Positions 36,400 through 48,300 of a DNA stretch of 64,000 nucleotides are shown piece after piece. Source of the DNA: Mariniflexile sp. (GTDB taxonomy: Bacteria > Bacteroidota > Bacteroidia > Flavobacteriales > Flavobacteriaceae); contig NZ_JBFHGK010000010.1 in the NCBI RefSeq assembly GCF_041583155.1, positions 33,216 to 97,215 of the forward strand. The letters are read 5' to 3'. The notes beneath the pieces were generated by a model that was not told the origin of the DNA, did no database searches, and saw only the letters and a list, made by a program, of their open reading frames with translations. Each line of letters opens with the position of its first letter. Position 1 is the stretch's first letter. Position numbers and translations under genes: made by a program.

Positions 36400-37410
36400 A
36401 TGAGTAACCAAACAATAATTGTATCTGCTTCACCTCATGTTCATTCCGACAGGACTTCTAAAAAACTCATGTATGATGTAATAATCGCACTAATACCTGC
36501 CTTTTTAGTTTCTATATATGTGTTTGGAATTAGCGCGTTAATAGTAACTTCTGTTGCTATTACGTCTTGTATGGTGTTCGAATATGTAATTCAGAAATAT
36601 CTTTTTAAAACCGAAGTAACCATAACAGATGGTTCCGCATTACTTACAGGCATACTTTTAGCCTTCAACCTACCTTCTACTTTACCAATATGGATGGTTA
36701 TTGTTGGCGCACTTGTTGCGATTGGTATAGCAAAACTATCTTTTGGCGGCTTAGGCTTCAACATCTTTAATCCCGCCTTGGTAGGACGTGTGTTTTTACT
36801 AGTGTCCTTCCCGGTACAAATGACCATGTGGCCAACAGCAATTGAAAATAATACAACAGTTGTGGATGCGGTTACAGGAGCTACTTCATTAGGAGTTATT
36901 AAAGAAGGGTTACAATATGGCGAAACCATGACAGAAATAAGCTCTAAAATTCCATCAACCATGGATATGCTTTTCGGTTTCACTGGAGGTTCGTTAGGTG
37001 AAATGTCTGCTTTAGCATTATTGCTTGGTGGGTTTTATTTAATCTACAGAAAAGTAATCTCTTGGCATATTCCAATTATTCTTCTTGTAACTATGGCTGT
37101 TATTACTGGTGCTTTTTGGAGTTTAGACCCGGAGCATTATGCAAATCCACTAATACATATCTTATCTGGTGGTGCTATTCTTGGTGCATTTTATATGGCA
37201 ACCGATTTAGTTACTAGCCCTATGACCAAAAAAGGCATGGTAATTTTTGCTATCGGTATTGGGCTTATAACCGCATTAATAAGGCTTTTTGGAGCCTATC
37301 CTGAAGGTATTTCTTTCGCTATTATAATTATGAATGCCTTTGTGCCTCTAATTAACAAATATTTCAAGCCTCGAAGATTCGGAACCAAAATAAAAGCTAA
37401 AATCGTGTAA
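36400..37410 (+). CDS. rnfD: Rnf electron transport complex subunit D
   Basis: The track ORF starts inside rnfC at 36316. The ATG at 36400 gives MSNQTIIVSASPHVHS, the typical RnfD/NqrB start. The protein is polytopic and contains the GATSL flavinylation-type motif (DAVTGATSLG). Confidence 0.9.
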   Translation: MSNQTIIVSASPHVHSDRTSKKLMYDVIIALIPAFLVSIYVFGISALIVTSVAITSCMVFEYVIQKYLFKTEVTITDGSALLTGILLAFNLPSTLPIWMVIVGALVAIGIAKLSFGGLGFNIFNPALVGRVFLLVSFPVQMTMWPTAIENNTTVVDAVTGATSLGVIKEGLQYGETMTEISSKIPSTMDMLFGFTGGSLGEMSALALLLGGFYLIYRKVISWHIPIILLVTMAVITGAFWSLDPEHYANPLIHILSGGAILGAFYMATDLVTSPMTKKGMVIFAIGIGLITALIRLFGAYPEGISFAIIIMNAFVPLINKYFKPRRFGTKIKAKIV

Positions 37411-37412
37411 CT

Positions 37413-38009
37413 ATGAGTAAAAAAGAATCAACATTTATAAACATGGTGGTATCTCTTTTATTGATAACACTAATCTCGGGACTAACATTAGGTTTTGTAA
37501 ATGACTTAACCTTAGAACCTAAAGCTAAAGCTAAATTAGAGAAAAAGGTGAATGCCTTAAAATTAGTTTTACCAACTTTTGACAACAACCCTGTAGAAGA
37601 TATGAAACTCGTTAAATCTGAAACCGCCTCAGATAGTGTTGAAATATATCCTGCTTATTCAAAAAATGAATTTGTTGGCGCCGCAGTAATAGGATCCACC
37701 AATAAAGGATTTAGTGGTCTAGTTAAAATCATGATTGGTTTTAAACCAACCGGCGAAATTGAAAATGTGGTTGTTTTAGAACAAAAAGAAACTCCTGGTT
37801 TAGGAACTAAAATGGCAGAACCAAAGTTTCTGCAGCAGTTTAAAAACATAAATATTGCCTCTTACAATTTAAAAGTAAAGAAAGATGGAGGCGATGTAGA
37901 TGCGCTTACGGGAGCAACCATATCAACCAGAGCATTTTGTGATGCAACTCAAATGGCGTATGATGCCTTTATAAAAAATAATAGTTCATTAATTGAATCT
38001 AAAAATTAA
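37413..38009 (+). CDS. rnfG: Rnf electron transport complex subunit G (FMN-binding)
   Basis: 198 aa with an N-terminal TM helix, ETPGLG, and the covalent-FMN motif D..TGATISTRA. Confidence 0.9.
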   Translation: MSKKESTFINMVVSLLLITLISGLTLGFVNDLTLEPKAKAKLEKKVNALKLVLPTFDNNPVEDMKLVKSETASDSVEIYPAYSKNEFVGAAVIGSTNKGFSGLVKIMIGFKPTGEIENVVVLEQKETPGLGTKMAEPKFLQQFKNINIASYNLKVKKDGGDVDALTGATISTRAFCDATQMAYDAFIKNNSSLIESKN

Positions 38010-38014
38010 GAATT

Positions 38015-38620
38015 ATGGCCGAAACAATAAATCAAAAGCAAAATTTCTTAAAAGGAATCATTAAAGAAAACCCCATTTTTGTAATGCTTCTAGGTATGTG
38101 TCCAACATTGGGTGTTACCTCATCAGCATTCAACGGTTTAGGTATGGGCGTTGCTACAGCATTTGTATTACTGATGTCGAATGTGGTAGTTTCTTTAGTA
38201 AAAACCCAAATACCAGCCAAAGTACGTATTCCGGCCTTCATCATCATTATTGCATCTTTCGTTACTGTCGTGGAGATGATATTGGAAGCGTTTGTTCCAT
38301 TTCTATACGAACAACTGGGGATTTTCATCCCATTAATTGTTGTAAACTGCATCATTTTAGGACGCGCTGAAGCTTTTGCATCAAAAAACAACTTGCTTTC
38401 ATCGGCTATTGATGCCTTGGGAATGGGACTGGGTTTTATATTAGCCTTAACGGTTTTAGGTTCCATTCGCGAAATTTTGGGAAGCGGCAGTTTGTTTGGA
38501 GCAAGCTTTGTTCATGAAGACGCTAACACCTTTATACTTTTTATTTTACCACCAGGTGCGTTTATAGCCTTGGCCTATTTAACTGTTGTTTTCAACAAAT
38601 TAACATCTAAAACATCTTAG
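38015..38620 (+). CDS. rnfE: Rnf electron transport complex subunit E
   Basis: 201 aa and polytopic, with the LG.CP.L.V and IPLIVVNC.ILGRAEAFA blocks typical of RnfE/NqrD. Confidence 0.9.
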   Translation: MAETINQKQNFLKGIIKENPIFVMLLGMCPTLGVTSSAFNGLGMGVATAFVLLMSNVVVSLVKTQIPAKVRIPAFIIIIASFVTVVEMILEAFVPFLYEQLGIFIPLIVVNCIILGRAEAFASKNNLLSSAIDALGMGLGFILALTVLGSIREILGSGSLFGASFVHEDANTFILFILPPGAFIALAYLTVVFNKLTSKTS

Positions 38621-38622
38621 AA

Positions 38623-39198
38623 ATGGATTATGTAATTATCATTATAGCAGCCGTTTTTGTAAACAATATTGTTTTATCTCAATTTTTAGGAATTTGTCCG
38701 TTTCTGGGTGTTTCCAATAAAGTTTCTACATCGGTAGGTATGTCTGGAGCCGTATTGTTCGTTATGACGATAGCTACCACAGTAACCTACCTCCTACACG
38801 AGTATGTTTTAATACCTGCAGGATTGGATTATTTAAGAACAATATCCTTCATTTTAGTAATTGCAGCTTTGGTTCAAATGGTTGAAATTATTCTTAAAAA
38901 AGTAAGTCCACCATTATATCAGGCCTTAGGTGTTTTTCTTCCATTAATTACAACCAATTGTGCCGTTTTAGGAGTTGCTATTTTAGCCTTAGGATTAGAT
39001 AACAGCAGCCTTTTAAAAGCTGTATTTTTCGCAATTTCAAACTCCGTTGGTTTTGCATTAGCGCTAATCGTTTTTGCCAGTATTAGAGAACAATTAGAAC
39101 TTGCAAATATTCCTGAAGGCATGAAAGGAGTACCTATTAACTTATTAGTTGCCGGACTTTTATCATTAGCATTTTTAGGATTTACTGGGCTAGTATAA
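38623..39198 (+). CDS. rnfA: Rnf electron transport complex subunit A
   Basis: 191 aa and polytopic, with the LGICPFLGVS and LPLITTNCAVLG blocks typical of RnfA/NqrE. Confidence 0.9.
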   Translation: MDYVIIIIAAVFVNNIVLSQFLGICPFLGVSNKVSTSVGMSGAVLFVMTIATTVTYLLHEYVLIPAGLDYLRTISFILVIAALVQMVEIILKKVSPPLYQALGVFLPLITTNCAVLGVAILALGLDNSSLLKAVFFAISNSVGFALALIVFASIREQLELANIPEGMKGVPINLLVAGLLSLAFLGFTGLV

Positions 39199-39475
39199 TT
39201 TTTAAAGACTGATTTTATTTTGTCTTCTAATAGAAATATTAAATCTTCCTGTTTTTTAGATTCTGCCATGATTTAATGATTCTAATTAATAAAACTCACC
39301 TTAACAAGAGGTTATAATCTAATCATGTGTTTTAAATTCATTCTTTACCTATAAAAAGGAATTAATACAACGTAACCTAAAGTTACTCCTCTTAAAAATT
39401 GCATTTTTTGCACCAAATCAGCCAAAACAACTATTATAGTTATGTTAAAAGCGCCATTTTAACATAATTAAAAAA

Positions 39476-39483
39476 TAAATTTG
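39476..39483 (+). promoter_or_regulatory. candidate -7 box TAAATTTG upstream of the M13 peptidase gene
   Basis: It matches TAnnTTTG and ends 26 nt before the ATG at 39510. No clear -33 TTG is present. An 11-bp inverted repeat (39440..39450 / 39457..39467) lies just upstream. Confidence 0.35.
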
Positions 39484-39509
39484 CAAAAAACTAAAACAAC
39501 AGAAATACT

Positions 39510-41558
39510 ATGATTTCAAAAACTACTAAAATTTTTATGGTTTTGATTACTGCCTTAAGCCTTAATCAAAGCTATGCACAACAAAAAGGGGTTGGAATAG
39601 ATTTATCCTTGATGGACACCTCCGTTAGTCCAAAAGATGATTTTTTCAATTTTGTAAATGGCACTTGGCTAAAAAACACCGAGATTCCGGCAGATAGAAC
39701 ACGTTGGGGAAGTTTTGATGAATTGAGAAAAAAAACAGATGCAGATGCCCTAGCTATTTTAGAAGAAGCTTCTAAAAACCCACAATATAAATCGGATACC
39801 GATCAAGGTAAAGCTATCAATTTGTATAAATCCATCATGGATACTGTGGCAAGGAATAAGGCAGGTATTACCCCCTTAAAACCTTATCTTGCTAAAATTG
39901 ATGCAGTAAAAAATGTAACAGATTTACAAAATCTAGCCATTGAAATGGCTTCCAAAGGCGGTATTGGATTTTTTGGAATAGGTGTTGGAACGGATGCCAA
40001 AAACAGTTCTAAAAACGTTATTTATGTTGGTCCCGGAAGTTTAGGATTACCTGATAAAGATTATTATGTATCCAAAGATGCCGATTCTAAAGAGAAGCGT
40101 GAAAAATATGTGTTACACATAGCACGTATGCTGCAATTTATTGGAGAAAAACCAAAAGTTGCCAAAAAGAATGCTGAGAAAATTTTGGCTTTAGAAACTG
40201 AAATGTCTAAACCAAGATTAGACCGTGTTGAACGCAGAGACAGAAGAAAATCGTACAATCCAATGACGATTGCCGATTTGCAGAAAATGACAAACGCTAT
40301 CGATTGGGAAAAGCAAATTACTAGTATTGGGTTGCCAATTGTAGATACTTTAATAGTGTCTCAACCAAAGTATATGGACGCTTTACAACAAATTCTAACA
40401 GCAAACAAAATTGAGGACTGGAAAGCCTATATGCGTTGGACCCTACTTAATAAAGCAGCCGATAATTTATCAACAGATTTAGAAAAAGCTAACTGGGATT
40501 TTTATAGTAAAACCCTAAGCGGTGCCATCAAACAACGCCCAAGAGATGAAGGGGCGCTTCAAGTTATTAATGGTGCAACTGGCGAGGCTTTAGGAAAATT
40601 ATATGTTGAAAAAATGTTCCCAGCGGAAGCTAAAGAAAAAGCACAAAACATGATTAAAAACGTTATCCGTGCTTATGAAGCTAGAATTAACAATTTAACT
40701 TGGATGTCGGCAGACACAAAGAAAAGTGCTATTGAGAAGCTAAATAAAATGACCATTAAAATTGGATACCCTGATAAATGGAAAGACTATTCAGCTTTAA
40801 CCATTATAAGTCCGGAAGAAGGCGGTACGTATTTTGATAATTCCTTATTAATTTCAGAGTGGAGTTTCAAAAGAAATATCGAAAAATTAAATAAGCCTGT
40901 TGATAAAACAGAATGGGGTATGTCGCCTCAAACAGTGAATGCGTATTTCAACCCTTCAAATAATGAAATCGTTTTCCCAGCAGCTATCCTGCAACCTCCT
41001 TTTTATGATTACAATGCAGACGAAGCCGTAAATTACGGTGGTATTGGAGCCGTAATTGGACATGAAATCTCGCACGGTTTTGATGATTCAGGGTCTCGAT
41101 ATAATGCCGATGGAAATCTTATAAACTGGTGGACTGAAGAAGATTTAACTCAATTTACAGCACTAGGTACAGCCTTAGCTGATCAATATTCAGCTTTAGA
41201 ACCAATACCAGGAATTAAGGTAGATGGTAAATTTACTTTAGGTGAAAACATAGGAGATCTTGGTGGCATCAATGCTGCATATGATGGATTGCAACTATAT
41301 TTAAAAGAAAACGGCAACCCTGGATTAATTGATGGTTTTACTCCAGAACAACGTTTATTTATTTCTTGGGCAACCATTTGGAGAAGTAAAATGCGTGATG
41401 AAGCCATTAAAAATCAAGTAAAAACGGATCCACATTCTCCTGCAATGTATCGTGGTTATGTGCCTTTATTAAACTTGGAAACGTTCCATAAAGCGTTTGA
41501 TATAAAACCAGGCGATGGTATGTATGTTGCCCCAGAAAAAAGAGTTTTAATTTGGTAA
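39510..41558 (+). CDS. M13 family zinc metallopeptidase (PepO / endothelin-converting-enzyme-like), secreted
   Basis: 682 aa with a signal peptide, the HEISHGFD zinc motif, a downstream GENIGDLGG (ExxxD) motif and C-terminal ..VLIW. Confidence 0.9.
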   Translation: MISKTTKIFMVLITALSLNQSYAQQKGVGIDLSLMDTSVSPKDDFFNFVNGTWLKNTEIPADRTRWGSFDELRKKTDADALAILEEASKNPQYKSDTDQGKAINLYKSIMDTVARNKAGITPLKPYLAKIDAVKNVTDLQNLAIEMASKGGIGFFGIGVGTDAKNSSKNVIYVGPGSLGLPDKDYYVSKDADSKEKREKYVLHIARMLQFIGEKPKVAKKNAEKILALETEMSKPRLDRVERRDRRKSYNPMTIADLQKMTNAIDWEKQITSIGLPIVDTLIVSQPKYMDALQQILTANKIEDWKAYMRWTLLNKAADNLSTDLEKANWDFYSKTLSGAIKQRPRDEGALQVINGATGEALGKLYVEKMFPAEAKEKAQNMIKNVIRAYEARINNLTWMSADTKKSAIEKLNKMTIKIGYPDKWKDYSALTIISPEEGGTYFDNSLLISEWSFKRNIEKLNKPVDKTEWGMSPQTVNAYFNPSNNEIVFPAAILQPPFYDYNADEAVNYGGIGAVIGHEISHGFDDSGSRYNADGNLINWWTEEDLTQFTALGTALADQYSALEPIPGIKVDGKFTLGENIGDLGGINAAYDGLQLYLKENGNPGLIDGFTPEQRLFISWATIWRSKMRDEAIKNQVKTDPHSPAMYRGYVPLLNLETFHKAFDIKPGDGMYVAPEKRVLIW

Positions 41559-41579
41559 GATTAAAATAAAAGACAAAAA

Positions 41580-41606
41580 CCTCAAGAAATTCTTGAGGTT
41601 TTTTTT
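41580..41606 (+). terminator. rho-independent terminator (A-run on the other side, possibly bidirectional)
   Basis: CCTCAAG-AAATT-CTTGAGG followed by a T8 run, preceded by an A5 run. It lies between the convergent genes 39510..41558 and 41635..42648. Confidence 0.8.
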
Positions 41607-41634
41607 ATAAAACAATCTGCCATTTACAATTTAT

Positions 41635-42648
41635 TTATTTCACTTGATACGTTTCACCAGAGAAAAACAAATCATCTGTTTTTGTAAATTTAGAATTCGC
41701 CTTTACTTGCTTAGTTAAGTTGTCTTCACGCTCTTCTAATGTTACATCATCAAAACTTCTAATAATTCCGGTAACTAAGGGGTATTCCAAACGCACTAAC
41801 ATTTGATGTAAGGTTGGGTCTTTCTCTTTAGCATCATGAACTAAAATATCGTCTTCAGTATAGCCATCTTCGCCTATAGAAACCACTACCAATTTCAACC
41901 CACTTAATATCAAACCTTTATCTTTACACTTTCCAAAAATCATGGGTTTTCCATGTTCAACATACAACTGTTTATCTTCCCTAATGTTTTTATCGGTATA
42001 TCTAGTAAAGCAACCTTCATTAAAAATAACACAATTCTGTAATACCTCAACCAAGGATGTTCCGTTAAATTTTTCAGCTTCAATAAATATTTCTGTCATT
42101 TCTCGCGGGGTATTCCCTCCTATTCTAGCAAAAAATCGCGCTTGCGCTCCTATAGCTAATTCACCTGGATGAAACGGTGGTTGGGTATTTCCGTAAGGCG
42201 ATGATTTTGTTTTTTGACCAACCATAGATGTTGGCGAAAACTGACCTTTGGTTAAACCGTAAATTTGATTATTAAAAAGGATTATGTTTAAATCGATATT
42301 TCTTCGAAGTACATGTATAAAATGATTTCCGCCAATAGCCATAGAGTCGCCATCGCCCGTAATTACCCATACACTTAAATTTGGATTTGCCAATTTAACT
42401 CCCGATGCTATAGCTGGCGCTCTACCATGAATGCCATGCATCCCATACGTATCCATGTAATAAGGAAAGCGCGATGAGCAACCAATTCCTGAAATAAAAA
42501 CGACATCTTCTTTTTTTACCCCCATTTCTGGAAGTGCTTTTTGCATGGATCGTAGGATAACATAATCATCACAACCAGGACACCATCTTACTTCTTGGTC
42601 GCTTGCAAAATCTTTAAACGTATATCTTTCTGTAGCTGTTGTTTCCAT
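41635..42648 (-). CDS. korB: 2-oxoglutarate/2-oxoacid:ferredoxin oxidoreductase beta subunit (TPP-binding)
   Basis: 337 aa with the WCPGCGD-like CPGCDDY motif and the TPP motif GDGD....GGNH. Confidence 0.88.
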   Translation of the reverse strand: METTATERYTFKDFASDQEVRWCPGCDDYVILRSMQKALPEMGVKKEDVVFISGIGCSSRFPYYMDTYGMHGIHGRAPAIASGVKLANPNLSVWVITGDGDSMAIGGNHFIHVLRRNIDLNIILFNNQIYGLTKGQFSPTSMVGQKTKSSPYGNTQPPFHPGELAIGAQARFFARIGGNTPREMTEIFIEAEKFNGTSLVEVLQNCVIFNEGCFTRYTDKNIREDKQLYVEHGKPMIFGKCKDKGLILSGLKLVVVSIGEDGYTEDDILVHDAKEKDPTLHQMLVRLEYPLVTGIIRSFDDVTLEEREDNLTKQVKANSKFTKTDDLFFSGETYQVK

Positions 42649-42650
42649 AA

Positions 42651-44507
42651 TCAGTTTACTAATTGTTTAAATTTTTCTACTAACTCCAAGTTTCCAAATG
42701 GTAGGCCTTGTATTTTATTATATTGCAATAAACCAGTTATGTTAGTATTCATTTTTAGAATGTTTACAAATTGCCCGTTATTTAACTCGCAAACCACAAC
42801 CTTTTTAAATTTACTCAAAACGGCTTCTGTATTTTTTGGCAATGGGTTAATGTATTGAAAATGAGCAAAACCTATATTTTTATAACCTTGACTATTTAAT
42901 TGTTTTACTGCTGAATGCAAACTACCATAAGTGCCTCCCCACCCTACAACCAACAAGTCTCCCGAATCGGCAAATTCAGTTTGTAATTCAGGTATATAAT
43001 TTTGTACACGCTTAATTTTTTCGGCCCTAATTTTAGTCATGAATTCATGATTTTCAGGTACATGAGATACGTTCCCTGTAATTTTATCCTTTTCTAAACC
43101 TCCAATGCGGTGTTCCAAACCATAGGTTCCGGGAATTGCCCAATTACGAGCCAAAGTTTCTTCATTTCTATCGTAAGGGTGCCAGTTTTCTTTTACTTCG
43201 GTAACTTTATTATTTTTAATTTCTGGCATTTCTGCCACTGTTTTTATTTTCCATGGTTCAGAACCATTAGCAATATAGCCATCTGTTAACAGCACCACAG
43301 GCGTCATATGCTCCAAAGCCAGTTTTGCCGCCTGATAGGCATAATTAAAACAATCGGATGGTGTACTTGCCGCCAACACTATTACAGGGCTTTCACCATT
43401 TCTACCATACATGGCCTGCATAAGATCGGATTGTTCTGTTTTTGTAGGCAACCCTGTAGATGGGCCCCCACGTTGTACGTTTACTACAACTAAAGGTAAT
43501 TCTACCATCATAGCCAAGCCTAATGCTTCACTCTTTAATGCTAGTCCTGGACCAGATGTTGTAGTAATAGCTAAATCACCAGCAAATGACGCCCCAATTG
43601 CCGATGTTACTCCTGCAATCTCGTCTTCTGCCTGAAAGGCTTTTACACCAAAATGTTTGTGTTTTACCAGCTCATGTAAAATATCCGTTGCTGGAGTAAT
43701 TGGGTAGGACCCTAAAAATAATTCTAAACCCGATTTCTCGGCGGCTGCTAAAAAGCCCCAGGCTGTTGCTTTGTTTCCTCCAATAATTCGGTAGGTACCT
43801 GGTTCCATTTTAGCTGGTAAAATGGTGTAAGAATTTGGTATAAGCTCTAAAGTTTCGGCATAAAAATATCCAGCATTTAATACTCTACTATTTAATTCAA
43901 TTATAAGAGGATTCGATTTAAATTTCTTATTGAAGAAATCAATGGTGTGTTCGGGAGACCGATCGTACATCCAATACACAATACCCAAAGCAAACATATT
44001 TTTACTTCGAGTAACACTTTTATTGTCTAGATTATCTAGATCCTTCAAAGCTTCCTTCGTTAATGAAGACATAGGAACTTCTATAACCCGATAATTATTT
44101 AAACTTCCATCTTTAAGCGGATTACTTTTATATTGCGCTTTTTCTAAGTTTTTAGTAGTGAATGAATCCGCATCTACAATAATAGTATGACCTGGTTTCA
44201 CTGCATATAAATTGGTTTTTAAACCCGCAGGATTCATAGCTACAAGTAAATCAACATCATCGCCGGGTGTACTAATCTCCACACTACCTATATGAACCTG
44301 AAAACCTGAAACGCCATAAAGACTTCCTTGAGGCGCTCTAATTTCCGACGGATAATTAGGGAAGGTAGCAATGTCGTTTCCAAACATGGCAGAGGTATCG
44401 GAAAACTGCGTTCCTGTTAACTGCATGCCATCTCCGGAATCTCCTACAAAGCGAATCACGACCGCTTCTAATTCTTCTGGTAGCACTTTTAATTTTTCTA
44501 ATAACAT
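42651..44507 (-). CDS. korA: 2-oxoglutarate/2-oxoacid:ferredoxin oxidoreductase alpha subunit (fused gamma-alpha type)
   Basis: 618 aa. The N-terminal gamma-like block is I.F.GDSGDGMQ.TG. The alpha domain has YPITPA and ..EDEIA... Its stop is 2 nt before the korB start. Confidence 0.88.
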   Translation of the reverse strand: MLLEKLKVLPEELEAVVIRFVGDSGDGMQLTGTQFSDTSAMFGNDIATFPNYPSEIRAPQGSLYGVSGFQVHIGSVEISTPGDDVDLLVAMNPAGLKTNLYAVKPGHTIIVDADSFTTKNLEKAQYKSNPLKDGSLNNYRVIEVPMSSLTKEALKDLDNLDNKSVTRSKNMFALGIVYWMYDRSPEHTIDFFNKKFKSNPLIIELNSRVLNAGYFYAETLELIPNSYTILPAKMEPGTYRIIGGNKATAWGFLAAAEKSGLELFLGSYPITPATDILHELVKHKHFGVKAFQAEDEIAGVTSAIGASFAGDLAITTTSGPGLALKSEALGLAMMVELPLVVVNVQRGGPSTGLPTKTEQSDLMQAMYGRNGESPVIVLAASTPSDCFNYAYQAAKLALEHMTPVVLLTDGYIANGSEPWKIKTVAEMPEIKNNKVTEVKENWHPYDRNEETLARNWAIPGTYGLEHRIGGLEKDKITGNVSHVPENHEFMTKIRAEKIKRVQNYIPELQTEFADSGDLLVVGWGGTYGSLHSAVKQLNSQGYKNIGFAHFQYINPLPKNTEAVLSKFKKVVVCELNNGQFVNILKMNTNITGLLQYNKIQGLPFGNLELVEKFKQLVN

Positions 44508-44664
44508 AAAAAGCGTATTAATTAATTGAAAATGAGCCTATTTAAATAAATAGGGATACTTTCAAATTTAATTCTACTTTTTATTTTTAAATATGACTTT
44601 TGTCATTTGTAGGAAGTTAGAATAAACCTAATATTGTTGTGTACTTTATTAAAAAATCAATTTT

Positions 44665-45015
44665 ATGGCTATTATTATAACAGAAGAATGCATCAACTGC
44701 GATGCTTGTATCGCAGAATGTCCAAATAATGCAATTTACGAACCAAGCCAAGAATGGGCTTATGCAGATGAAACTGCTTTAAGTGGTATGGTAAAAACGC
44801 CAAGCGGAAAAGAAGTAGATGCAGATGAAATGAACAACCCAATCTCTCAGGAATTTTATTACATAGTGCCAGATAAATGTACTGAATGTAAAGGATTCCA
44901 CGATGAACCACAATGTGCATCTGTATGTCCGGTTGACTGCTGTGTTCCTGATGAAAATCATGTTGAAAGCGAAGACGCTTTATTAGAAAAGAAAGCTTGG
45001 TTACACGCAGAGTAA
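44665..45015 (+). CDS. 4Fe-4S dicluster ferredoxin
   Basis: 116 aa with [12 protein letters not shown] and [20 protein letters not shown] motifs. Confidence 0.85.
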   Translation: MAIIITEECINCDACIAECPNNAIYEPSQEWAYADETALSGMVKTPSGKEVDADEMNNPISQEFYYIVPDKCTECKGFHDEPQCASVCPVDCCVPDENHVESEDALLEKKAWLHAE

Positions 45016-45114
45016 CTCTTTAAAAAAACTGCAAAACAATATTTACAATTCATTTTGTTGTATATTTATCAAGGTTTCGTGGGTTAAAAAACTTTGAAAA
45101 AATATACTTTTGAG

Positions 45115-45154
45115 AATGAGGTCTTCGGTAATTTTGAAGACCTCATTTTTTTTT
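45115..45154 (+). terminator. rho-independent terminator after the ferredoxin gene
   Basis: AATGAGGTCTTC-9 nt-GAAGACCTCATT is a perfect 12-bp stem followed by a T-run. Confidence 0.8.
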
Positions 45155-45392
45155 ACACCTATTCATTATATATAATCAATGTGTTTTATGAAGAAAATAA
45201 ATAAAGAGGCTCCATCATTTATTTATTGTAATAAATAACATCCAACACGTAGATTCAATTCCTACCAAAAATATTCAATTGCCTCATTTTAAATCACATT
45301 ACCTGATATAAATCATATATTTTAATGTATATAGTTACTAATTTTCACACTTCTAATATCAAATAAATTCGACTTTAACTTAATATTTTATC

Positions 45393-48300
45393 ATGAAAAA
45401 AGAATTTAAGAAACTAATATGTGATGGCAACGAGGCAGTGGCTATTATAGCTCATAAAACCAATGAGGTTTGTGCTATCTACCCTATTACGCCTTCGTCT
45501 CCTATGGGAGAGCACGCAGAACTTTACAGCTCGAAAGGCAAAACAAATATTTGGAATAATACGCCTCGAATTGTGGAAATGCAAAGTGAAGGTGGGGCCG
45601 CAGGAGCCGTTCATGGTTCTTTACAAGCTGGTGCTTTAACTACAACTTTTACAGCTTCCCAAGGGTTATTGTTAATGATTCCTAATATGTATAAAATCGC
45701 AGGTGAATTATTGCCATGCGTAATACACGTAGCTGCAAGAACAATTGCAACGCATGCACTATCCATTTTTGGAGATCATTCCGACGTTATGGCTTGTCGT
45801 CAAACTGGATTCGCTATGTTATTTGGTGGTTCCGTACAAGAAGCCCATGATTTTGCATTGATATCGCAAGTAGCAACTTTAAAATCAAGAGTACCATTTT
45901 TAAATATTTTCGATGGTTTTAGAACTTCTCATGAAATTTCTAAAATAGATGGAATTCCAGACGATGTTATCAAATCAATGATGCCTGAAGCCGAAGTAAT
46001 GGCACATAGAAAAAGATCATTGGATCCCGACAATCCTGTTTTGCGAGGGTCTACTCAAAATCCTGATGTATTTTTCCAAGCCAGAGAAGCTTGTAACCCT
46101 TTTTATGATAAAGTACCAGGAATCGTTCAAAAAACTATGGACGAGTTCTTCGAACATACTGGTCGTCGATACAATTTATTTGATTACTTAGGCCACCCAG
46201 AAGCAGAACGTGTTATTATTATCATGGGATCAGCCGAAGGCCCAGTAAAAGAAGCATTGGAAGTGATGTTAGCCGACGGCGAAAAAGTGGGTGTTATTTT
46301 TGTTCGTTTATTCAAACCATTCTCTATTGCTGCATTTGTTGAAGTTTTACCAGAAACAGTAACTAAAATAGCTGTTTTAGATAGAACTAAAGAGCCAGGA
46401 AGCGTTGGCGACCCACTTTACTTGGATATTGTTGCGGCACTTAATGAAAGTGAAAGAGAGATGCCTACTGTAGTTGCTGGACGATACGGATTGTCATCAA
46501 AAGAATTTACCCCAGCAATGGTTAAAGGAATTTATGACGAATTATTAAATAAAAAACCTAAAAACCACTTCACTATTGGAATTAATGATGATGTGACCTT
46601 TACTAGTTTATATTACGATCCATCATTTGAAACCAAAACTAAAACCATTAACTGTATGTTTTATGGTTTAGGTTCCGATGGAACCGTAGGGGCAAATAAA
46701 AACTCCATTAAAATTATTGGTGAAACCACTGATAATTATGTGCAGGGTTACTTTGTGTACGATTCTAAAAAAGCAGGAGCTCAAACCATTTCGCATTTAC
46801 GTTTTGGTCCAGACCCAATTCACTCAAATTATTTAGTAGATAAAGCCGATTTCATCGCCAGTCATAAATTTAATTTCATAGAGAAATTTGATATGATTTC
46901 CGAATTAAAACATGGCGGAACGTTCTTATTGAATTCGCCATATTCCAAAGATGAAATATGGGATATATTACCTGCTGAAATTCAAAAAGGAATCATCCAA
47001 AAAGAAGCTAAATTTTATGTGATTGATGCGACTCAAGTGGCGCACGATGCCAAATTAGGAAAACGCGCCAATACTGTTTTACAAACCTGCTTCTTCGCTA
47101 TTTCTGGTATTCTTCCAAGAGAGGAAGCTATTCAAAAAATTAAAGATGCCATTGTAAAATCGTATTCTCATAAAGGAGAAAAAGTGGTTAAAATGAATTT
47201 TAATGCCGTTGATAAAGCATTAGAAAATTTATTCCAAGTAGATTATCCTAAAGTATTAACAAGCGAAAAAGAATTATCATCAGCCATGAGAAATGCGCCA
47301 GATGGTTTCGTTACTGATGTTTTAGAAAAAATATTAGCTGGATTTGGAGATGAACTTCCTGTAAGTGCCTTTACAGTGGATGGCACCTTCCCAACAGGAA
47401 CTACTCAATACGAAAAAAGTGGAATTGCCGATTTTATTCCTGTTTGGGACGACGCAGATTTATGTACACAATGTAACAAATGTGTTGCCATTTGTCCTCA
47501 CGCAGCAATTCGATCTAAAGTAGTTTCTAACGAGGATATTGCTAGTTTCCCAACCTCTTTAAAAAGAGCAGCAGCTATAGGACGACCATTCTCTAAAGAA
47601 AATGATTCCTATGTTTTACAAGTTTCTCCTGAAGATTGTACAGGTTGTGATCTTTGTGTGGCCATTTGTCCTGCAGTTTCTAAAGAGAAGGACAACTTCA
47701 AAGCTATTAATATGCATAAGAAAATTGAAGTTGATGCAGAAGAAAACGTTAATTGGGATTATTTTGTTAACCTGCCATATAACGACAGAACTGCGTTGCA
47801 AATTACCAACCTAAAAGGCTCGCAATTCTTAGAACCATTATTTGAGTTCTCTGGGGCTTGTTCAGGTTGTGGTGAAACACCTTATATAAAAATGATTACG
47901 CAGTTGTATGGCGATAGCATTATGATTGCCAATGCAACAGGATGTTCTTCTATTTATGGTGGTAATTTACCAACAACACCTTACAAGAAGAATGAATTCG
48001 GTAGAGGTCCAGCTTGGGCAAATTCATTGTTTGAAGACAATGCTGAGTTTGGCTTAGGCATGAAACTTGCACTTACCAAAAAACAAGAAATAGCGGTAGA
48101 TTTATTAAAATCGTTAGAACCGTTAGTTGGAAGTGAATTAGTTAATAATATTTTAAACAATCCTGAAGCAACAGAAATTGAAAAAGCTAAAAAACATGCT
48201 GATATTGCCGAACTTAAGAAATCATTAGAAATCATTAATAACGAAGATGCTCTTAAATTAAACCAATTAACTGAATATTTACGTAAAAAAGCCGTTTGGA